Source of the DNA: Macrostomum lignano
Lineage: Eukaryota
DNA length: 64,000 bases
Direction: 5' to 3'
Assembly: GCA_002269645.1 (NCBI GenBank)
Contig: NIVC01001561.1
Coordinates: 1-64,000 of the forward strand
This document shows positions 57,301 through 64,000 of the stretch, piece after piece; position 1 is the first letter of the stretch, and every line of letters begins with the position of its first letter. The notes under the pieces are model-generated. The model was not told the origin of the DNA and ran no database searches. It was given only the letters and a program-made list of their open reading frames with translations. A program made the translations under genes and the position numbers.

Positions 57301-58770
57301 AAACAGAACTGCGATCGCGGCCTCCGCGGCTCTCCTTCATCTGTCTGCGGGCTATTTTCTGAGCATGATTAAGGACGATAAGCCAGTACTGGCTCCGCAC
57401 ACGAGTATATCGAAGAGCTATAGAGTTGGATCAAGCCAGTCCCAGAATGTCGTGGGTGGGATTAACGGGATGGGGTGATTTCTGTAATCTTGTCTCGGGC
57501 TTTGCATCTCAGGAATTTCAAGTACAAGCTAGTCAACATGTTCTCTTGTGTTGGTTCTAAAATTTCAATCGTGTTTAGGCCGCGGTGAATATGATGTGAG
57601 ATGATTTTACAACTTTCCATACATAAGTACGGCCTCACATTATCCAAAAGCACTAATTTTATAACCAAGATCACATGCTGGGGTTTGGCCCTCATAACTG
57701 TGAATCGCACGACCAATTTTCGGGCACAAGTCCCACAATAATGTGTTACTCGTACTCAGAAGCTCAGCCAGAGAATGAGCAGGGAGACGGGACGCATTGC
57801 TCAGTCAAATAATCAGTGCTCATACTCGAATATCGCATTCTGCCGAGTTCCGGTACACTATTTCGAACACGCTCCAGGCTGGCTTTAGATGAAATTCGAA
57901 GTTAATTTCATTCGAATAAAAATAATCTTTTTTTCAATTAGCTAATTGATTTGTAAATTATGCTATCATCATTGACTTCCCAATGTTGCCAGGTTGTTTT
58001 ACTGCGTAGTACGAGTTTAAGCTGCATTTGTGCACTTTTTGTGACTTTTGCTTGCACAAATATTAAAGTAATGTATTAATATGGTAGATTATTGCTGGCA
58101 AATACAAGCAGAAAGCAGACTGCTGCTACTCACCTATTGTGGTGATCACGGTCACAACAAACAGCAGGGCTCCAGCAAAATTCCACGTAAACTCTTCCTC
58201 ATCGAAGCTGCCGTTCCAGCCTCTCTCCTTCACCAACCAGGTGACATTGGAGATGATGCCCGACACGGTCTGGTTGGCTAACTCTCTGAGTCGGCGGTTG
58301 AGACTCTCCGAGCAGGCTGAGCCGATCGCTGAGCTCGAGTTCGACTCGGCAGGGCAGAGCTCAGACAGCTGCTGCTCGACCAGCAGTTCGGTAGTCCTCC
58401 TCCGGAAGCTGGCAGCCTCATCTTTGACCAGCCGCTCCTCGGGCATCTCGATCGCCCGGAAGATCAGCCCGCCAACAAAGGTGTAGGCCACTATGAAGCC
58501 CGATAGGCCCAGGTGGCTAAATATGAAGGCGATGAACTTCTTGCAGAAACTTTTCGCCTCGCGAAGCTGCCGCCTTCGCCGTTCGAGTTTCTTCTGACGG
58601 CGCCGCTCCTGACGGGTGAGCCGCTGCCTCACAGGCCGCTGCGGTCGCTGCTGTTGTTCAGTGGACTCCTCGTCAGCAACAGCATCGTTGCTGACTTCAT
58701 TAGCAGCGTCAGAAGCGGCTTTGTCGTCCACTTCGACCCGAGCTTCAACGTCCGTCGATTTCTTGTTCAT
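51309..58770 (-). CDS. Two-pore-domain potassium channel (K2P/TWiK family), ~728 aa
   Basis: Minus-strand exons 58770-58134, 56193-55030, 51694-51309 (2,187 nt, phases consistent). P1 [17 protein letters not shown]|YGH-AP; P2 [20 protein letters not shown]; M4 [20 protein letters not shown]. Confidence 0.93.
52385..53640. repeat. (AACC)n microsatellite with AACG interruptions, ~1.25 kb
   Basis: Directly visible, in K2P intron 2. Confidence 0.97.
56745..57045. repeat. 32-bp minisatellite (GACAGACAGACACAGACACYATGCTGCTAATA)
   Basis: About 9 units in K2P intron 1. Confidence 0.9.
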
Positions 58771-59564
58771 GCCGAGCAGCTGGGTGAGTTTTATTCTGAT
58801 CAAACTTGAGCAACTCCGCGTTCAGTAGACAGTTGATATTTAAGCCTTAAGCCTTAGGCTTCTTCGCACAGGATTTTATAGCCTGTTTTAGTGGGGAACA
58901 AGGCCGGACCAATAGGAGATCAGCTTAGGGCCCTTAGAGCCGCCAGTCTGGGAAAATCCTCACGCGCTCCCGTGGAACCCAAAACCGCTGGCCTCAGAGG
59001 CGTCTTCTTTTTCGCCTCATCAAAATTTTCCCCACCTCTCCAATGCGTCTCCATAGAAGACAAATACAATGGAAGAGAAACGGCAAGGTGAGATGCCCCC
59101 AGCTGCTCAAAACACTCACATGAGTTATCCCGCCAGCAGAATTGAAAGATGCAGTCGGGTCGGATTTCCAAAGCCTCTGCCACCAGCCACCTCTGGCAGT
59201 CTTTTTTTCTAAATCGATTATTCCGGTGCTTGGAAAATCGAACCCGCACTGCCTCTGTTTAGCCAAGCGGGGTAGCATGTTGGCCTCAGTCAGAACTCGA
59301 AAAACAACCAATTTATGTTCAATATTATTCCATCCACAATTGGGGTCGTTAAGGAGTCTGTATTACCTCGCGAGAGAAATTCTTTCCCACGCAAAGGCAA
59401 TTTGAATCTTTTGTGCATGGGAGCTCTTTCATTTATCGATTGTACATTTGGTACTGCATGCGCGAACTGGGCCTGTCGCCTCTCTCAAACACCAGACTTT
59501 GGTATGCCTGCACTTTCTGTGTTCTCCTAACCGTCCGACTGCGCTCTGCTTCAAGTTTCTCTCA

Positions 59565-60590
59565 GGGGCGATTCTCTCAAGGGCGATTCTCTTAAGGGCG
59601 ATTCTCTCAAGGGCGATTCTCTTAAGGGCGATTCTCTTAAGGGCGATTCTCTCAAGGGCGATTCTCTCAAGGGCGATTCTCTCAGGGGCGATTCTATCAG
59701 GGGCGATTCTCTCAGGGGCGATTCTATCAGGGGCGATTCTATCAGGGGCGATTCTATCACGGACGATTCTCTCAGGGGCGATTCTATCAGGGGCGATTCT
59801 CTCAGGGGCGATTCTATCAGGGGCGATTCTATCAGGGGCGATTCTCTCAGGGGCGATTCTATCAGGGGTGATTCTCTCAGAGCGATTTTTCAGCGGCAAT
59901 TCTATCAGGAGAGATTCTATAAATGGGCGATTTTCTCGGGGTAATTTTCTCAAGGGTGATTCTCTTGTGAGTGATTCTCTCATGGGTAATTCTCTCAGGG
60001 GTGATTCGCTCATGGGTAATTCTCTCAGGGGTGATTCTCTCATGGGTAATTCTCTCAGGGGTGATTCTCTCATGGGTAAATCTCTCAGGGGTGATTCTCT
60101 CATGGGTAAATCTCTCAGAGGTGATTCTCTCATGGGTAAATCTCTCAGGGGTGATTCTCTCATGGGTAAATCTCTCAGAGGTGATTCTCTCATGGGTAAA
60201 TCTCTCAGGGGTGATTCTCTCATGGGTTAGTTCTCTCAGGGGTGATTCTCTCATGGGTAAATCTCTCAGGGGTGATTCTCTCATGGGTAAATCTCTCAGG
60301 GGAGATTCTCTCATGGGTTAGTTCTCTCAGGGGTGATTCTCTCATGGGTAAATCTCTCAGGGGTGATTCTCTCATGGGTAAATCTCTCAGAGGTGATTCT
60401 CTCATGGGTAAATCTCTCAGAGGTGATTCTCTCATGGGTAATTCTCTCAGGGGTGATTTTATCAAGAGCGATTCTCTTAAGGGGCGATTTTCTCGGGGCG
60501 ATTTAATCAGGGGGCGATTCTCTCAGGGCGTGTCTCTCGGGGGCGATTCTATATCTAAGGCGATTTTTATCCCAGAGATGATTCTCTTAT
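59565..60590. repeat. 15-bp minisatellite (GGGCGATTCTCTCAG) with 30-bp dimer blocks
   Basis: Upstream of the K2P gene; 30-bp higher-order unit GGGGTGATTCTCTCATGGGTAAATCTCTCA at 59970-60450. Confidence 0.95.
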
Positions 60591-61384
60591 GCAGTGCGGT
60601 TCATCGAGGAATTTTCTTTTTAGTGCAGCTTCTTTCGGGATGATATTGTTAGTCACTGATCCCAATCGACGGAGGTTCGATCAGCGGCAAATTCTGTTTA
60701 GAAGAAATATCTAGCGAGCTACTAGAAGGCATGATTAAAATCAGGGAGTTCCCTCTTATCTCTCGGAACCACAAGCAAACCGCTCCCTCCCTGGTTCCCC
60801 CTCTCCCCGCACATTTAATATTAAAGTTTCTTGAGCGTTCTGATTTGCTCGGCATTGGGGGACTTAATTAACCGACTCTGAGGTCGCCGCCTGCTCCTCC
60901 ATTCGCCTGTGGATGCCAGCTTGGGACAATGATGAAGGCAGAAAAGAGCCTGGGAACCAAGTGGATGAGGATCGTAATTCTCTCAGATTCTATCTATCTG
61001 TTTATGTCTGAAATGAGGGCCCAGAATTTTCCATAATTTTATCTTATTATTAAAAGCGATACGTGATGTATTAATTTTTCTGTGAATTCAAAAATTAAAC
61101 GATGAGTGAATGAATCTGTTTAAGTGCATACGGTTTTGCCAACTTGTCTTTTTCCTGAACTATTAGCTGTCGATTCATGGACAGCTAAAGTACAAGGACG
61201 CTGCGGAAATTTTCTTTGGAAGCAGATTTTTATCACAAGATAGCAGATTTTAAATTAAATTGGATGCAGAAAATCCGACTTTCTGCTCCAAGTTTCTCCT
61301 ATCGCAAGATTTATCGCCAGATTTCCAAATTGCTGCGACACGGTCCTTTTCTGATGCGAAGGAAGGGTCTGGTCAGATAGACAG

Positions 61385-63135
61385 ACTCTCTCAGGGGCGA
61401 TTCTCTCAGGGGTGATTCTCTCAGGGGCGATTCTCTCAGGGGCGATTCTCTCAGGGGCGATTCTATCAGGGGTGATTCTCTCATGGTCGATTCTATCAGG
61501 GACGATTCTCTCAGGGGCGATTCTCACAGGGGCGATTCTCTCATGGTCGATTCTATCAGGGACGATTCTCTCAGGGGCGATTTTATCAGGGACGATTCTT
61601 TCAGGGGCGATTCTATCAGGGGTGATTCTCTCAGGGGTGATTCTCTCAGGGGCGATTCTCTCAGGGGCGATTCTCTCAGGGGCGATTCTCTCAGGGGTGA
61701 TTCTCTCAGGGGCGATTCTCTCAGGGGCGATTCTCTCAGGGGCGATTCTATCAGGGGCGATTCTATCAGGGGCGATTCTATCAGGGGCGATTCTATCAGG
61801 GGTGATTCTATCAGTGGCAATATTATCAGGGGTGATTATCTTAGAGGCGAGTCTGTCAGGGGTGATTATCTCAGAGGCGAGTCTCTCAGGGGCGATTCTA
61901 TCGGTGGCGATTCTATCAGGGGTGATTCTCTCAGGGGCGATTCCATCAGGGGTGATTCTTTCAGGGGCGATCCTTTTAGGGGTGATTCTCTCAGGAGCGA
62001 TTCTCTCAGGGGCGATTCTCTAAGGGGCGATTCTCTCAGGGGTGATTCTCACATGGGTGATTCTTTCCGGGGTGATTCTCTAGGGGCGATTCTCTCATGG
62101 GTGATTCTATCAGGGGTGATTCTCTCAGGGGTGATTCTCTCAGTGGTGATTCTCTAGGGGCGATTCTCTCAGGAGCGATTCTCTCAGGGGCGATTCTCTC
62201 AGGGTAATTCTATCAGGAGCGATTCTCTCAGGGGCGATTCTATCAGGGGTGATTCTCTCAGGGGCGATTCTATCAGGGGCGATTCTATCAAGGGCGATTC
62301 TATCAGGGGTGATTCTATCAGTGGCAATATTATCAGGGGTGATTATCTTAGAGGCGAGGCTGTCAGGGTTGATTATCTCAGAGGCGAGTCTCTCAGGGGT
62401 GATTCTCACATGGGTGATTCTTTCAGGGGTGATTCTCTAGGGGCGATTCTCTCATGGGTGATTCTATCAGGGGTGATTCTCTCAGGAGCGATTCTCTCAG
62501 GAGCGATTCTCTTAGGGACGATTCTCTCAGGGGTGATTCTCTCAGTGGTGATTCTCTAGGGGCGATTCTCTCAGGGGCGATCCTTTCAGGGGTGATTCTC
62601 TCAGGAGCGATTCTCTCAGGGGCGATTCTCTAAGGGGCGATTCTATCAGGGGTGATTCTTTCAGGGGCGATTCTATCAGGGGCGATTCTATCAGGGGTGA
62701 TTATCTTAGAGGCGAGTCTGTCAGGGGTGATTATCTCATGGGTTATTCTCTCAGGGGTGATTCTCTAGGGGCGATTCTCTCACGGGCGATTCTCTCAGGA
62801 GCGATTATCTCAGGGGGCGATTTTATCAGGGGTGATTCTCTCAGGGGCGATTCTCTTAGGGACGATTCTCTCAGGGGTGATTCTCTCATGGGTAATTCTC
62901 TCAGGGGCGATTCTCTCAGGAGCGATTCCCTCCGGGCGATTCTCTCAGGGGCGATTCTCTCAGGAGCGATTCTCTCCGGGGCAATTCTCTCATGGGTGAT
63001 TCTCTCAGTGGTGATTCTCTAGGGGCGATTTTATCAGGGGTGATTATCTCAGAGGCGATTCTCTTAGGGACGATTCTCTCAGGGGCGATTCTTTTAGTGG
63101 TGATTCTATCAGGGGCGATTCTATCAGGGGCGTTT
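61385..63135. repeat. 15-bp minisatellite of the same family (GGGCGATTCTCTCAG)
   Basis: About 115 units in the same orientation as 59565-60590. Confidence 0.95.
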
Positions 63136-64000
63136 CTATTCTTTGTTTTATTTTGTATTCACGTTTATTTGAAAATTATCGAACAGATAAGTTTAAATCA
63201 ACATTGAACTACTTAAAGTAGTTTAACTAGCTTACTTTCGATTGTTAAACTAGAAAATATAGCGGCTGAACAAGCAGGTTTCGGCAGTACAAGTAAGATA
63301 AAGTAAGCCAGCTATGCTGAAGTCCCGAGATTCAACCCTTTTTTAAATTGTCTCCACTTTCCAAGGCTGGGAAACAATAGTTTACAAAACAATAGGGTTT
63401 GGAGACTTGGAAGCACCTATCTAATTTTGGTTAGCCTATCCTGAGTGTCTGATCCTGGTTCTTAAGCATTCCCTATGGGGATACTGCTAGCCGCTGGTCT
63501 GACCGCCCGTGCGGAGCGCAGATTCCTGCGTTGCTCATGGCAACGCTTCATCTTGCGTCTGCATTATTTAGTTCTCTGTGCAACCTGGCTGGGAGTGGAG
63601 ATGCCCCTGATATTACTTCCGCGTTGTCACTGGTCCCCAGCCTCTCCCTTTCTCTCAAAGCTTCATCGTGTTGAGCAGCTATTCGGGACTCAACCAACTT
63701 TAACAAGCAATCCAACTGAGCTCGGTGAGTGACGTACGCGCCAGTTTATAAAATAATTTCTTCTAAAAGAGCTGTTCTCTGTAGCCAAATATTGCCACAA
63801 GCAGTCAAAGTCCGCTTAGATATGATGCTTGATTGACATGTGACATGTGACAGTCTAAGGTCAGGTGTTGCTGAGCCCTGGATCTTTTTTGAGCACTAAA
63901 TTGGCTGCTTTTTAGACAACCAAACTCTAGCACGATCTGGTTAGTTCGTTGTCAAAACACGGTATTAAACAAAGGTTGAATAATGACAGGAAAACCGCCT

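Noticed and set aside
63475-63732. 85-aa ORF near the window end
   Set aside because: No motif or coding bias; the donor-like G|gtgagt at ~63725 may mark a UTR exon of a gene outside the window, but this cannot be supported here.

Overview
Eukaryotic (metazoan) genomic DNA with GC-rich exons, canonical GT-AG introns and minisatellite-packed introns. The style suggests a free-living flatworm such as Macrostomum (inference only). Six multi-exon genes were built by hand with consistent intron phases: (1) an EF-hand rhomboid (+), (2) a DAT/NET-like SLC6 transporter (+), (3) a secreted LamG/ConA-like orphan (+), (4) a ~1,940-aa PX-PH phospholipase D homolog (+), (5) ARMC4/ODAD2 (+) and (6) a two-pore K+ channel (-). 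The strongest signal is two intact pseudoenzymes. The PLD has lost catalytic residues in both HKD motifs but keeps its PIP2-binding motif, and the rhomboid has lost both its catalytic Ser and His. The window also holds two tRNA-derived SINE families, hAT-type MITEs (one bracketing an exon-like island), a foldback-like element whose body is a minisatellite, and about 25 tandem arrays. Two single-base frameshifts (rhomboid exon 1, SLC6 last exon) may be assembly errors. No rRNA, functional tRNA or CRISPR array was found.
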